Of a DNA stretch of 48,872 nucleotides, positions 17,950 to 28,559 are shown piece by piece (position 1 is the first letter of the stretch; the number at the start of each line of letters is the position of its first letter). This stretch comes from Paenibacillus sp. 598K (GTDB lineage Bacteria; Bacillota; Bacilli; Paenibacillales; Paenibacillaceae): NCBI RefSeq assembly GCF_003851045.1, contig NZ_BFBX01000005.1, positions 1 through 48,872 of the forward strand, written 5' to 3'. Under the pieces are notes generated by a model. It did no database searches and was not told where the DNA came from. It saw only the letters and a list, made by a program, of their open reading frames with translations. The translations under genes were made by a program, and so were the position numbers.

Positions 17950-18927
17950 ATGACAGAAGGCAGCAGCACTCCTACGTTCGACGCGTCCGTTGCGCCGACA
18001 GGACAGCAGACAGGGCGCAGGAGAGGCAGGACGCTCCATAAGATCGTCCGCAACTGGCGTTTGTACGTATTTATGGCGCCGGCATTGCTGACGGTGTTAA
18101 TTTTCAACTATTTGCCGATGTACGGGATTCAGATTGCCTTCAAAAACTACATTCCCGCCTTCGGGATGGCAGACAGTCCATGGGTCGGTCTGGATCATTT
18201 CATTCGCTTCTTCAACTCGTATTACTTTTGGGACTTGCTCTGGAACACGCTCAGCATCAGCTTGTACGGTCTTGCAGTAGGCTTCCCGCTGCCGATCCTG
18301 CTGGCGCTGGCCTTCAATGAAGTGCGCGTCGGCTTCTTCAAGAAGACGGTGCAGACCGTCACGTATGCGCCGCACTTCATCTCAACGGTCGTCATGGCGG
18401 GGATGATCATCACGTTCCTCAGCCCGTCCTCGGGGATGCTCGTCAATCTGCTGGAGGCGCTCGGCATCTCGCCGCCGAACTTCCTCACCGATCCGCGCTG
18501 GTTCAAGACGATGTACGTCTTCTCGGATGTGTGGCAGGCGACGGGCTGGGGCACGATCATCTATCTGGCAGCGCTCTCGGCGGTCGATCCCGGCTTGCAC
18601 GAGGCTGCGATCCTGGACGGAGCGTCGCGGATGCAACGGATCCGGCATATTAACATCCCGGTCATCATCCCGACGATCACGATCCTGATGATCCTCAACG
18701 TCGGCAGTCTGCTCAGCGTCGGTTACGAGAAGATCCTGCTGCTGCAAAATCCGCTCAACATGTCGTCCTCGGACGTCATCGCCACCTTCGTCTACCGGAT
18801 CGGTCTGCTGGAGGCGCAGTACAGCTACTCTACAGCGGTCGGTCTGTTCAACTCGGTCGTCAATGCGATCCTGCTGATCGTCATCAATCAGGTCGTACGG
18901 CGGACGAGCGAGAACAGTCTTTGGTAG
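17950..18927 (+). CDS. Sugar ABC transporter permease (LplB-like, MalF-type)
   Basis: Six TM segments and the EAA-like motif DGASRMQRIRHINIPVIIPT. ATG 17950 with a GGAGAGGG RBS. The track start at 17914 lacks an RBS. Confidence 0.85.
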   Translation: MTEGSSTPTFDASVAPTGQQTGRRRGRTLHKIVRNWRLYVFMAPALLTVLIFNYLPMYGIQIAFKNYIPAFGMADSPWVGLDHFIRFFNSYYFWDLLWNTLSISLYGLAVGFPLPILLALAFNEVRVGFFKKTVQTVTYAPHFISTVVMAGMIITFLSPSSGMLVNLLEALGISPPNFLTDPRWFKTMYVFSDVWQATGWGTIIYLAALSAVDPGLHEAAILDGASRMQRIRHINIPVIIPTITILMILNVGSLLSVGYEKILLLQNPLNMSSSDVIATFVYRIGLLEAQYSYSTAVGLFNSVVNAILLIVINQVVRRTSENSLW

Positions 18928-18952
18928 GACAACGAAGAAAGGAGTGAAGCCC

Positions 18953-19858
18953 ATGGTATCGGCAATCAAGGAAACAAAGAGCGACAAGGTGTTCCTGGCG
19001 TGCGTCTATGTCGTGCTCACGCTGGCGCTCGCCGTCGTCGCCTATCCGCTCATCTATATTATCAGCGCCTCGATCAGCAATCCGAACGTCGTCGCCTCCG
19101 GCGAGATGTGGCTGCTGCCCAAGGAGATCACGCTCGAAGGGTACAAGCGGGTGTTCGACGATCCGGCGATCTGGAACGGCTACCTCAATACGATCATCTA
19201 CACAGCGGTCGGCACCGCGGTTAACCTCGCCGTCACCTTGCCTGCTGCCTACGCGATGAGTCGGCGCGACATGGTCGGCCGCAATCTGTTTATGATGCTG
19301 TTTATGGTGACGATGTTCTTCAGCGGCGGCCTCGTGCCGACCTATCTGATCGTCAAGAGCCTTGGGCTCGTCAACAGCATGTGGGCGCTCATCCTGCCGG
19401 GGGCGACGTCGGTGTGGAATCTGATCGTCTGCCGCACCTTCTTCCAGTCGACGATGTCCAAGGACCTGCAGGAAGCGGCAGAGATCGACGGCTGCAGCGA
19501 CTTCCGGCTATTCTTCCAGATCGTGCTGCCGCTCTCGACGGCGCTGATCGCGGTCATGGCGCTGTTTTTCGGGGTCGGCCACTGGAACAACTACTTCTCC
19601 GCGATGATCTATCTGAGCGATCAGGCCAAGTATCCGCTGCAATTGGTGCTTCGTCAGATCCTCGTGCTGCAGCAGATGTCGGCGCAGTCGGGAGCGATCA
19701 ATGCAGAGACGGCGACCTCGCTCAACAACAAAGCCGAGGTGGCGGCGCTCGTCAAATACGCCGTGATCATCGTCTCGACGCTGCCGGTTATCGCGCTCTA
19801 TCCGTTCCTGCAGCGCTATTTTGTCCAAGGTGTCATGATCGGTTCCGTCAAGGGCTGA
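18953..19858 (+). CDS. Sugar ABC transporter permease (LplC-like, MalG-type)
   Basis: TM topology and the motif EAAEIDGCSDFRLFFQIVLPLS. ATG 18953 lies 8 nt after GAAAGGAG. Confidence 0.85.
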   Translation: MVSAIKETKSDKVFLACVYVVLTLALAVVAYPLIYIISASISNPNVVASGEMWLLPKEITLEGYKRVFDDPAIWNGYLNTIIYTAVGTAVNLAVTLPAAYAMSRRDMVGRNLFMMLFMVTMFFSGGLVPTYLIVKSLGLVNSMWALILPGATSVWNLIVCRTFFQSTMSKDLQEAAEIDGCSDFRLFFQIVLPLSTALIAVMALFFGVGHWNNYFSAMIYLSDQAKYPLQLVLRQILVLQQMSAQSGAINAETATSLNNKAEVAALVKYAVIIVSTLPVIALYPFLQRYFVQGVMIGSVKG

Positions 19859-19927
19859 TCTTGCCATAGCATGCTCGCGATGTCGCGGGACCTACAAATG
19901 GGTTATGATGAAAGGGGAGGATTGTCT

Positions 19928-21544
19928 ATGAAGAAAAGGCACAAGAAGGGGACCATCGCGGTGTCAGCCTTGATGGCGATGGCGATGCTGACAGCGGCTT
20001 GTTCATCTGACAAAGGGGGGAGCGAGACGCCTGCTGCGGGAGGCGGCGATGGAGCTGCCAGCGTCAGCCGCGAGGGCTTCCCGATCGTCGAGGAGCAGAT
20101 CACGCTCAAGATGATGGCGCCCAGCGCCGAGATGGCCAACTGGAGCACGATGCCGACGGTGCAGGCGATGGAGGAGCTGTCCAATATCAAGGTGGAGTTC
20201 GAGACGGCGCCGATCGATAGCTTCCCGACCAAAAAAAATCTGACCTTCGCCGGCGGCGAGCTGCCGGACATGCTATACGCCGCCGATCTGACGCCAGCCG
20301 AGCAGGTCAACTACGGCAGCCAAGGACTGCTGCTGCCGCTCGAGGACTTGATCGACAACTATGCGCCGAACCTGAAGGCGGTGCTCGACGCCAATCCGGA
20401 TGTCCGCAAGTCGATCACGACGACGGATGGCCATATCTACGCGCTGCCTTTCATCGATACGACCGCCGTATGGTATCGCGGCCCGATGTGGTACAACGGC
20501 AAGTTCCTGGAGGCGCTGGGCGTCAGCGAGCCCAAGACGACCGAAGAGCTGTACACATACCTGAAGCGGGTCAAGGAAGAGGATCCGAACGGCAACGGCG
20601 AGGCGGACGAGATCCCGCTCACCTCAGTCAAGCTCGACGATCTGCGCATGTTCTTCCTCGGCTTCTGGGGCATCTACAATGAGGTGTACTATGCCGACAA
20701 GGAAGGCGTCGTCCATTATACGCCGCAGGAGGAGGGCTATCGGGGCTATCTGACCTTCCTGAACAAGCTGTGGCAGGAGGAGCTGCTCGATCACGAGACG
20801 TTCTCGCAGACCGACGACATGAAGAAGGCGAAGGGCGCCAAAAACCAGATCGCGCTCTTCAGCGACTACCATCCGTACTTCACGCTCGGCGGCGAGCCGC
20901 GGACGACCGATCCGCTCATGACGCCCGTTAGCAGCGAGATCGCCGGTACGCCGGTCTACGGCAAGCACCCGGGCATCTCGTCCAACGGCAACTTCGCGAT
21001 CACGGCGACCAACAAGCATCCGGAAGCGACGATGCGCTGGATCGACTACCAATACAGCTATGAAGGCGCGACGCTCTGGACGCAAGGGCCGGAGGGGCTG
21101 ATGTGGGAGTACGAGGACGAGGCCAACAAGGTGAAGCGCTACAAGGAGGTGCCGGGCGGCGGCGACCGTGAGGAGTACCGCGCCACCTTGACGCCGAACT
21201 ACGGCATCGTCACCCCGGGCGTCAACATCCCTGAGCTGACGAACGGTCTGCGCTCCGAGCTCGACGACTGGATCCGGGAGGAGAACGAGGCGAAGCTGGT
21301 GCCGATCGCCAAGTCCCCGTTCCCGCGCGTCTATCTCGACAACGAGCGGCAGACCGAGGTGTCGGCGCTCATGTCCGATCTCGATACGTATGTGAAGCAG
21401 ATGGAAGCCCGCTTCGTCACCGGCGCGGAGCCGCTGGCCAACTGGGATGCGTACGTCGCTCAATTGAAAAAGATGGGCAGCGACCGAATTGTCGAGATTT
21501 ACCAAGAGGCTTACGACCAGTGGGATAGCGAGAACGCCAGCTAA
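19928..21544 (+). CDS. Extracellular solute-binding lipoprotein (LplA-like) for a sugar or oligosaccharide ABC transporter
   Basis: Lipoprotein signal MKKRHKKGTIAVSALMAMAMLTAAC with lipobox LTAAC. About 540 aa, SBP size class. AAGGGGAGG RBS. Confidence 0.85.
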   Translation: MKKRHKKGTIAVSALMAMAMLTAACSSDKGGSETPAAGGGDGAASVSREGFPIVEEQITLKMMAPSAEMANWSTMPTVQAMEELSNIKVEFETAPIDSFPTKKNLTFAGGELPDMLYAADLTPAEQVNYGSQGLLLPLEDLIDNYAPNLKAVLDANPDVRKSITTTDGHIYALPFIDTTAVWYRGPMWYNGKFLEALGVSEPKTTEELYTYLKRVKEEDPNGNGEADEIPLTSVKLDDLRMFFLGFWGIYNEVYYADKEGVVHYTPQEEGYRGYLTFLNKLWQEELLDHETFSQTDDMKKAKGAKNQIALFSDYHPYFTLGGEPRTTDPLMTPVSSEIAGTPVYGKHPGISSNGNFAITATNKHPEATMRWIDYQYSYEGATLWTQGPEGLMWEYEDEANKVKRYKEVPGGGDREEYRATLTPNYGIVTPGVNIPELTNGLRSELDDWIREENEAKLVPIAKSPFPRVYLDNERQTEVSALMSDLDTYVKQMEARFVTGAEPLANWDAYVAQLKKMGSDRIVEIYQEAYDQWDSENAS

Positions 21545-21557
21545 ATAGCAAGCAGCA

Positions 21558-21606
21558 CAGGCGGCTGTTTCCCTGCCGGGATCGGCGGGGAACAGCCGCT
21601 TTTTTC
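21558..21606 (+). terminator. Rho-independent terminator or attenuator after the SBP gene
   Basis: GGCGGCTGTTTCCC...GGGGAACAGCCGC followed by TTTTTT. Confidence 0.65.
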
Positions 21607-21676
21607 TCGCAGCAATCACTACCGGTTGGTACAACTGCGGGTTCGAATCATGCCATCTTTAAAAGGAGGAATTGTT

Positions 21677-23047
21677 GTGGGAGAAGCTCAGGAGCCCGTC
21701 GTCCACGAGGGCGTGCATAATTACAGCAGCGAGCAGGATTGGGTCGAGCCGCAGGAGCCGCTGCTGCGGGATCGGCTGGAATGGTTTAAGGACCAGAAGC
21801 TGGGCCTGATGATGCACTGGGGGCCTTACTCCCAGCTCGGCGTCGTCGAATCGTGGGCACTCAGCGACGGCGATGCCGACTGGGCGCGCGATTGCATCGA
21901 CTGGGGCGTCGAGGGCGAGGAGCTGAAGCGCGAATACTTCGATCTGAACCGCACGTTTAACCCGATCCGCTTTCAGCCGCAGCGTTGGGCGGAGCTGGCG
22001 GCCGAGGGCGGCTTCAAGTATCTGAACTTTACGACCAAGCATCATGACGGCTTCTGCATGTGGGATACCCATACGACCGACTACCGGATCACCGGCCCTG
22101 AGACGCCCTTCCACCGGCACAAGTATGCAGATATTTGCCGCGAGCTGTTCGACGCGTTCCGCGAGCAGGGGCTGGCGATCTCGGCGTACTTCTCCAAGGC
22201 TGACTGGCATACCCCATCCTACTGGGCGCCGGGCATGGAGCGCGGCAGCCAGATGTGGCGCGGCCCGTCGTACGATCCGCAGCGCTACCCGTGGCTGTGG
22301 GAGCAGTTCGTCCAGTTCACCCACAGGCAGATCATGGAGCTGATGACCCGCTACGGCCGCATCGATATGCTATGGCTCGACGCCGGATGGGTCAACGCGG
22401 CGCAAGGTCAGGATATCCGGCTCGGCGAGGTGGTCGAGCAGGCGCGCCGCGTGCAGCCGTGGCTGCTGACAGCGGACCGGACGGTCGGCGGTCCTTACGA
22501 GAATCTGATCACCCCCGAGCAGACGTTGCCGGAGCGGCCGCTGTATGTGCCGTGGGAGAGCTGCATTACGATGGGCACCTCGTTCTCCTTCAATTATGAC
22601 GATCGCTACAAGTCGGTCCGCCAGCTCGTGCATCTGCTCGTCGAGATCGTCGCCAAGGGCGGCAATCTGGCGCTGAATGTCGGCCCGCAGCCGGACGGTC
22701 GTCTGCCAGCCCCGGCGATCGAGCGGATGAAAGGACTAGGCAAATGGCTTAGCGTCAATGGCGAAGCGATCTACGGGACGCGGGTGTGGGAGCCATATGC
22801 AGCAGGCGCCGTCCGCTTCACCCGCAAGGGCGAGGTCGGCTATGCGATCGTCTTGTGTCAGGAGGACGAGCGGCTGCAGGAGGAGCTGGTCCTGCCGCTT
22901 GCGACAGAGCCGACAGCCGTCGATCTCATCGGCAGCGCGGACGATCTCGAGGTGCGGCGCTGCGAGGACGGCTATGCAGTGCGTCTGCCCGAGGCGGTGC
23001 GAGTCGGCGAGATGCCGGAGGCGCTGGCCTTCCGTATCCGGAGATAG
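21677..23047 (+). CDS. GH29 alpha-L-fucosidase, cytoplasmic (no signal peptide)
   Basis: GLMMHWGPYSQLGV, FTTKHHDGFCMWDT and WHTPSYWAPG are GH29 hallmarks. GTG 21677 lies 7 nt after AAAGGAGG. An alternative ATG is at 21650. Confidence 0.8.
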   Translation: MGEAQEPVVHEGVHNYSSEQDWVEPQEPLLRDRLEWFKDQKLGLMMHWGPYSQLGVVESWALSDGDADWARDCIDWGVEGEELKREYFDLNRTFNPIRFQPQRWAELAAEGGFKYLNFTTKHHDGFCMWDTHTTDYRITGPETPFHRHKYADICRELFDAFREQGLAISAYFSKADWHTPSYWAPGMERGSQMWRGPSYDPQRYPWLWEQFVQFTHRQIMELMTRYGRIDMLWLDAGWVNAAQGQDIRLGEVVEQARRVQPWLLTADRTVGGPYENLITPEQTLPERPLYVPWESCITMGTSFSFNYDDRYKSVRQLVHLLVEIVAKGGNLALNVGPQPDGRLPAPAIERMKGLGKWLSVNGEAIYGTRVWEPYAAGAVRFTRKGEVGYAIVLCQEDERLQEELVLPLATEPTAVDLIGSADDLEVRRCEDGYAVRLPEAVRVGEMPEALAFRIRR

Positions 23048-23085
23048 CCGGGGAGTATGAGGACAAAGGATGGGAGGAAGAGACG

Positions 23086-24201
23086 ATGATGTGGAGCGCA
23101 GTACCGGAGCCTAGCATTGACTACGCGCCGAAAAGCTATCGCTGCCTGCGAGCCGAGGGGCCGCTCGAGCTGGACGGCCGACTGGACAAGCCGTTCTGGG
23201 CGCATGCGCCCTGGACCGAGGATTTCGTCGATATCGAGGGCGACCTGCGGCCGCTGCCGTCGAAGCGGACGCGAGTGAAGATGCTGTGGGACGACGAGTA
23301 TTTTTACATTGGCGCTGAGCTGGAGGAGGATGAGATCTGGGCGACGTTGACGGAGCGGGATTCGGTCATCTTCTATGACAATGACTTCGAGATCTTCATC
23401 GATCCCGACGGCGATACGCATCAGTATTACGAGTTCGAGATCAACGCGCTGAATACCGTCTGGGATCTGCTGCTCGTGACGCCGTATCGGGACGGCGGTC
23501 CGCCGGTCAACGGCTGGGATATCCAGGGGTTGCGGACGGCCGTCCATATCGACGGGGAGCTGAACAACCCTGCAGCGGCCAATCGGCGCTGGAGCGTCGA
23601 GGTGGCGATGCCGTGGCGCGCGCTCCAGGAATGCGCCCCGGACAAGCGGCCGCCGCTTGCCGGAGAGTTCTGGCGGGTTAACTTCTCGCGTGTGCAGTGG
23701 CGGGTCGAGGTGCAGGACGGTCAATATCGCAAGCAGGTGAATCCGGCTACCGGACGGCCGTATCCCGAGGATAACTGGGTCTGGTCGCCGCAGGGCGTCG
23801 TCAACATGCACTATCCCGAGCTGTGGGGCTATGTCGTCTTCAGCGACTCGGCAATGGCGACTGCTCCGACGGCTGCGGGAACGTCCGGTGATGAGAGAGC
23901 GGAAGACGCGGACACGACGACGCCCGTCAGCGGACCGCTACAGGCGGATGTCTTCGTATTGCCGCCGGACGAGCGGATCAAGTGGCTGCTGCGTCGGCTC
24001 TACTACAGACAGCGCAACTACTATGCCGAGCATGGACGATTCTCCGACGAGCTGGCGCTGTTGGCCCGTGGCGAGCGGGAGCTGGAGGAGCTGGCGCCTC
24101 GGATCGAGATCGGCAGCGGCCTGTTCCGTATCTCGGCGACATCGGCAGACGGCACGGCTGTCTACTGGATTCGCGAGGACGGCAAATTGTGGAGGGAGTG
24201 A
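23086..24201 (+). CDS. Carbohydrate-binding (CBM9-like/DOMON-like) domain protein, cytoplasmic
   Basis: YYEFEINALNTVWDLLL...WSVEVAMPW resembles CBM9-like sugar-binding modules. Assigned from memory with low-moderate certainty. GGGAGGAAGAG RBS. Confidence 0.5.
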   Translation: MMWSAVPEPSIDYAPKSYRCLRAEGPLELDGRLDKPFWAHAPWTEDFVDIEGDLRPLPSKRTRVKMLWDDEYFYIGAELEEDEIWATLTERDSVIFYDNDFEIFIDPDGDTHQYYEFEINALNTVWDLLLVTPYRDGGPPVNGWDIQGLRTAVHIDGELNNPAAANRRWSVEVAMPWRALQECAPDKRPPLAGEFWRVNFSRVQWRVEVQDGQYRKQVNPATGRPYPEDNWVWSPQGVVNMHYPELWGYVVFSDSAMATAPTAAGTSGDERAEDADTTTPVSGPLQADVFVLPPDERIKWLLRRLYYRQRNYYAEHGRFSDELALLARGERELEELAPRIEIGSGLFRISATSADGTAVYWIREDGKLWRE

Positions 24202-24206
24202 GACGG

Positions 24207-27200
24207 ATGAGCGCGCAGCAGACGATATTGTCGCTCGGCGAGGTTGAGCTTGGCGAGCTGGAGCGCAAGTACGAGCGCAGACGGGAGCTGGCGGGACATC
24301 GCGCAGGCCCGCTGTTCGGCGTGCTGGCGCAGGATCTGACGAACGAAGAAAGGGTCGCCTTGAAGTTCCTGTACGCCAATATGCCGGTATGCGATCTGGC
24401 GGATCATGACGGCGAGCTGTTCCTGACCCATATCCGGCAGGCGCTCGCGACGCGTAAGACAGCGCCCTGGGGGGCGAAAGTGCCGGATCGGCTGTTCCTG
24501 TATTATGTGCTGCCGATGCGGATCAACACGGAGAATCTGGAGGATTACCAAGCGATCCTGCACCGCGAGCTGGCGGCGCGGACGTCCAGGCTGACGATGG
24601 CCGAGGCGATCCTGGAGACCAACTACTGGTGCCACGAGAAAGCGACCTACATCGGCAGCGATCTGCGGACGCTGTCGCCGCTCGGCATGCTCCGCAACGC
24701 TCGCGGCCGCTGCGGCGAAGAGTCGACGCTTGCTGTGGCTGCGCTGCGCAGCATCGGCATCCCGGCCCGGCAGTGTTATACGCCGCGCTGGGCGCACTGC
24801 GACGACAATCACGCCTGGGTCGAGGCGTGGGCGGACGGGGAGTGGCATTATATCGGCGCCTGCGAGCCGGAGGCGGTGCTCGACGAGGGCTGGTTCAGCG
24901 CGCCGGCTCGCCGGGCGATGCTCGTCCATACGCGGGTGCCGTCCGGGTATGTCGGTCCCGAGCCGGTCACCGTGGCCGACCAGTGGCATACGGAGCTTAA
25001 TCTGCTGGACCTGTACGCCCCGGTCCGCACGCTGCGCGTGACTGTGCTGGACGCCGAGGGCTCGCGGGCGGCTGGGGCCGAGGTGCAGTTCCAGCTCTAC
25101 AACTACGCCGAGCTGTTCCCACTGGCGACGATCCGTACGGATGCGAGCGGAGAGGCGCTGTTCCGTACTGGTTACGGCGATCTGATCGTTCGCGCCGTGC
25201 GAGACGGCTATTGGGACGAGCAGTCGATCGCGGCGGATGTGCAGGAGTTGACGCTCACCCTTCGGCATAGCGGGCAGCCGGAGGGGACGGCGACGTTCGA
25301 TATGACGCCGCCTCCGGAGCGACCGGGCGAGCCGCGCGAGCCGCTCGCGGAGGAGCAGCTGGCTCGGCATCGCGAACGTGTCGCCGAGGGCGAGCGGCTC
25401 CGCCAGGCGTACGAGGCGAGCTTCCTCGGCGAGTCGCAAGCCCGCGAGCTGGCTGAGTCGCTCGATTTGCCGCCGGAGCGCGTATGGGCCGTGCTGGAGA
25501 CGGCGCGAGGCAATGCCCGAGAGCTCGCGGCGTTCCTGCGCGAGCGCAGTCCGCAGCATGGGCTGTGGCCCTTGCGGCTGCTAGAGACGCTGAACCCCAA
25601 GGATCTGACCGATACCGCTCGGGCGACGCTGGACGACTATCTGCAAGGCGGGCTGCGCTGGCTGGAGCGGGCAGTGTCAGCGTCTGCGTCTGAGATGCCG
25701 GAATCTGCACAGCCCGAGTCAGGGGAGCAGCAGCCTGCGATGCCGGGACCTGCGAGGTCCGAGTCCGGACCGCCGCAGCCTACGGTGTCGGCATCCAGTG
25801 GCGGGGGAGACGACTCGCCGGGCGGTCCGTCTGCTCGAGGTGAGCGAGGTGGCGTCATCGGGACCGACGATAAGGCGCAACAGGGACCGGGACAGGGCCA
25901 GGCGAGCGTCGTCCTGAATCCCGAGACACCCGCCGCGCAGCAGGACGCCTCGCCGGACTCGCCGGACGCGTCCACGCAGGCGGAGGAGGAGCGACTGCTG
26001 TGCTATGTGCTCTGTCCGCGCGTCCACTTCGAGATGCTCGCGCCTTACAAGGCTGAGCTGATGGCAGCCTTCTCGCCGGAGGAGGTCGAGGCCTTCCGCG
26101 CCTCGCCGTCGCTAGTGGCGGAGCGGCTCGCCAGAGACTGGACGATTACGCGAGAGCCGATGCATATGCAGGGCAAGGCGACGCCACTCGGCACCTTTCG
26201 CTTGCGGGCAGGGGACCGCCTCTCGGTCGATATCCTGCTCGTCGCCTTGCTGCGGAGCTTGGGCATCGCGGCCAGACTGCATCCGGCCACCCAGCATCCC
26301 GAATATTGGCAGGACGGCCAGTGGCGGGACGCGAGGGAGGCAGAGTCCGGCGGTCCAGTCCGTGGCGCTGCTGGCGGAGCCGAAGTCAGCTGTGCGGGGC
26401 GCAGTGCGGCTGATGGAGCCGAACTCGGCAGTGCGGAGCACGGCGATAATGACCTGACCGAGGGCAACGATGCAGAGCTCGATGAGGCTGATCTAGCCGG
26501 AGTCAGCGGTGATGATCGCGAGTCCTGCGAAGAGGTAGCTGCTCCGGCTAGTGTCTCGCATCGCGGCACGCTGCGGCTGCTGCGACGCGAGGTGTCCGGC
26601 GAGGGAGGGAGCGATACGCAGCTCGCCTATCGCGACAATTTCTCCTTTGGCCGGCTGGAGGACGGCTTCTATCGGACGCTGCAGTATCCGTTTGGCGAGA
26701 AGGATGTGTATGCTCGGCCGTTCGAGCTGGAGCCCGGCGATTACCGCCTTATCACCGGCGTCCGGCTGCAGGGCGGCGAGGTGCTCGGCCGCTTCCACTA
26801 CTTCCGCATCGCGTCTGGTCGGGAGACGGTGCTGACCCCTGAGCTTCGCCAGCCCGCGCTCACCTATCCTGCGCTCGGGGCGGCCGATGCCGAGAGCGTA
26901 TTGCATCGCTGGGATGAGCCCGGACCTGGCGTCCGCTTAGCAGAGCTCGCCGGCAGCAAGGGCGCGGTCGTGGCCTGGATCGACCCGCGGCGCGAGCCGT
27001 CGCGTCATCTGCTGCGCGAGAGCGGCGAGCTGCGGTCGGACTATGAGGCGGCTGGACTGCCGCTCTTGCTCATCGTGCCGGAGGGGGAGGAGGGCGCTGG
27101 CTTTGATCCCGAGGCGCATCCCGACCTGCCTGGCGTTGCGTTGCTGATGCGCGACCCGGATGGCGCGGCGCAACGTCGGATGACGGAGCGCGCGCATCCT

Positions 27201-27326
27201 GGCGAGACCGGCCATCCCTACTTGTATGTAGTGGACGGCGAGCTCGCGGTACGCTATGCGCAGTCGGGCTACAAGCCCGGCAGCGTCCGAGAGGCATTGC
27301 ACGTATTGCAGGCCGTCCGCGGCTGA
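24207..27326 (+). CDS. Large transglutaminase-like (PNGase-fold) domain protein, 1039 aa, with a central Pro/Ser/Gly-rich linker
   Basis: GRCGEESTLAVAALRSIGIPARQCYTPRWAHCDDNHAWVEAWADGEWHYIGACEPE is a Cys-His-Asp transglutaminase-like core. The low-complexity segment spans residues ~480-620. No signal peptide. GGAGGGAG RBS. Confidence 0.7.
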   Translation: MSAQQTILSLGEVELGELERKYERRRELAGHRAGPLFGVLAQDLTNEERVALKFLYANMPVCDLADHDGELFLTHIRQALATRKTAPWGAKVPDRLFLYYVLPMRINTENLEDYQAILHRELAARTSRLTMAEAILETNYWCHEKATYIGSDLRTLSPLGMLRNARGRCGEESTLAVAALRSIGIPARQCYTPRWAHCDDNHAWVEAWADGEWHYIGACEPEAVLDEGWFSAPARRAMLVHTRVPSGYVGPEPVTVADQWHTELNLLDLYAPVRTLRVTVLDAEGSRAAGAEVQFQLYNYAELFPLATIRTDASGEALFRTGYGDLIVRAVRDGYWDEQSIAADVQELTLTLRHSGQPEGTATFDMTPPPERPGEPREPLAEEQLARHRERVAEGERLRQAYEASFLGESQARELAESLDLPPERVWAVLETARGNARELAAFLRERSPQHGLWPLRLLETLNPKDLTDTARATLDDYLQGGLRWLERAVSASASEMPESAQPESGEQQPAMPGPARSESGPPQPTVSASSGGGDDSPGGPSARGERGGVIGTDDKAQQGPGQGQASVVLNPETPAAQQDASPDSPDASTQAEEERLLCYVLCPRVHFEMLAPYKAELMAAFSPEEVEAFRASPSLVAERLARDWTITREPMHMQGKATPLGTFRLRAGDRLSVDILLVALLRSLGIAARLHPATQHPEYWQDGQWRDAREAESGGPVRGAAGGAEVSCAGRSAADGAELGSAEHGDNDLTEGNDAELDEADLAGVSGDDRESCEEVAAPASVSHRGTLRLLRREVSGEGGSDTQLAYRDNFSFGRLEDGFYRTLQYPFGEKDVYARPFELEPGDYRLITGVRLQGGEVLGRFHYFRIASGRETVLTPELRQPALTYPALGAADAESVLHRWDEPGPGVRLAELAGSKGAVVAWIDPRREPSRHLLRESGELRSDYEAAGLPLLLIVPEGEEGAGFDPEAHPDLPGVALLMRDPDGAAQRRMTERAHPGETGHPYLYVVDGELAVRYAQSGYKPGSVREALHVLQAVRG

Positions 27327-27338
27327 TCTAACGAATGG

Positions 27339-27407
27339 ACAGACGGCTGGCTCCTCGTAACGCAGATCGAGACGTTATTTCAGGAGCTCACTATTACATG
27401 CCAGCCG
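27339..27407 (+). promoter_or_regulatory. Long intergenic stem-loop: 12-bp perfect outer stem (CAGACGGCTGGC/GCCAGCCGTCTG) with a nested 6-bp stem and no U-tract
   Basis: Inverted repeats read directly between the transglutaminase-like gene and the GH18 gene. Possibly an RNA processing or regulatory element. Confidence 0.4.
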
Positions 27408-27432
27408 TCTGAAGAGAGGAGCGCGAAGCGCA

Positions 27433-28470
27433 ATGAAACCCGACTACAAGACGATCGGCTACGTCGGCGACAAAGACCTGCCCGTAATGACGCAAGCGGA
27501 TCTGCTGAAGCTGACGCATATTAATATTGCATTCGGCCATGTCCGAGATGACGAGATTGTCACCGATCATTTGGCCCATCTTGGCCGCCTCAGCCATCTT
27601 AGAGCATGGCACCCGGAGGTGACGATCCTGCTGTCCGTCGGCGGATGGAGCGCCGGGGGATTCTCCGAGGCGGCATCGACGGCAGAGGGCCGACAAGCGA
27701 TGGCGCGCTCGGCCGTCCGCGCGATCGAAGAGCATGGGCTCGACGGCATTGATTTGGACTGGGAGTACCCTTGCTACGCCGCTGCAGGCATCGCTGCCAG
27801 CCCTGACGACCGCGCCAATTTTACGTTGCTGCTGCGCGATATCCGGGAGGCGCTGGATGCCAAGGGATCAGCGGATGGACGACACTATCTGCTGACGATC
27901 GCAGCAGGCGCAGACCAGTATTATATCGATGGCACGGAGATGGGCGAGGCGCAGCGGTACCTCGATTATGTGCAGCTCATGACCTACGACATGCGTGGCG
28001 GCTTCCAGACGCTCACTGGCCATCATACCAATCTGTATGCATCGACCGGCGACCTGTTCCGCATCTCGACTGACGCTTCGGTTCGACTGTTCGAGCAGGC
28101 GGGCGTCCCTCGAGAGAAGATCGTCATCGGCGCAGCCTTTTACTCGCGGATGTGGCGGGAGGTGCCGGGCGTCCAGGCGGGGCTGCATCAGATGGCTGGC
28201 ACGAGCGGCGGCTACGGACCGCACTATGACGAGCTGGCAACCGACTATATCGACCGCAACGGCTACGTCAGACACTGGGATGAAGAGGCCAAGTCGCCTT
28301 ACCTGTTCAACGGCAGCACCTTCATCTCGTACGATGACGAAAAGTCGATCGCAGAGAAGTGCGATTACATCCGACGCGAGGGGCTGCTTGGCCTCATGTT
28401 CTGGGAGTATGGCTGCGACCGCTCGGGGGTGCTGCTGGAGGCGATTCGCAAGGGACTGCATACTTCGTAA
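27433..28470 (+). CDS. GH18 glycoside hydrolase (chitinase/endo-beta-N-acetylglucosaminidase-like), cytoplasmic
   Basis: Catalytic motif DGIDLDWEYP (DxxDxDxE) and LSVGGW. No signal peptide. Confidence 0.85.
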   Translation: MKPDYKTIGYVGDKDLPVMTQADLLKLTHINIAFGHVRDDEIVTDHLAHLGRLSHLRAWHPEVTILLSVGGWSAGGFSEAASTAEGRQAMARSAVRAIEEHGLDGIDLDWEYPCYAAAGIAASPDDRANFTLLLRDIREALDAKGSADGRHYLLTIAAGADQYYIDGTEMGEAQRYLDYVQLMTYDMRGGFQTLTGHHTNLYASTGDLFRISTDASVRLFEQAGVPREKIVIGAAFYSRMWREVPGVQAGLHQMAGTSGGYGPHYDELATDYIDRNGYVRHWDEEAKSPYLFNGSTFISYDDEKSIAEKCDYIRREGLLGLMFWEYGCDRSGVLLEAIRKGLHTS

Positions 28471-28559
28471 AAGGGAAGAAAGCTCCATAGGCCGCAGCCA
28501 GCGATCGTGTTAGAATAAATCTAACAACTAATGCGCCAACTGCGGAGGAGAACAGAGCA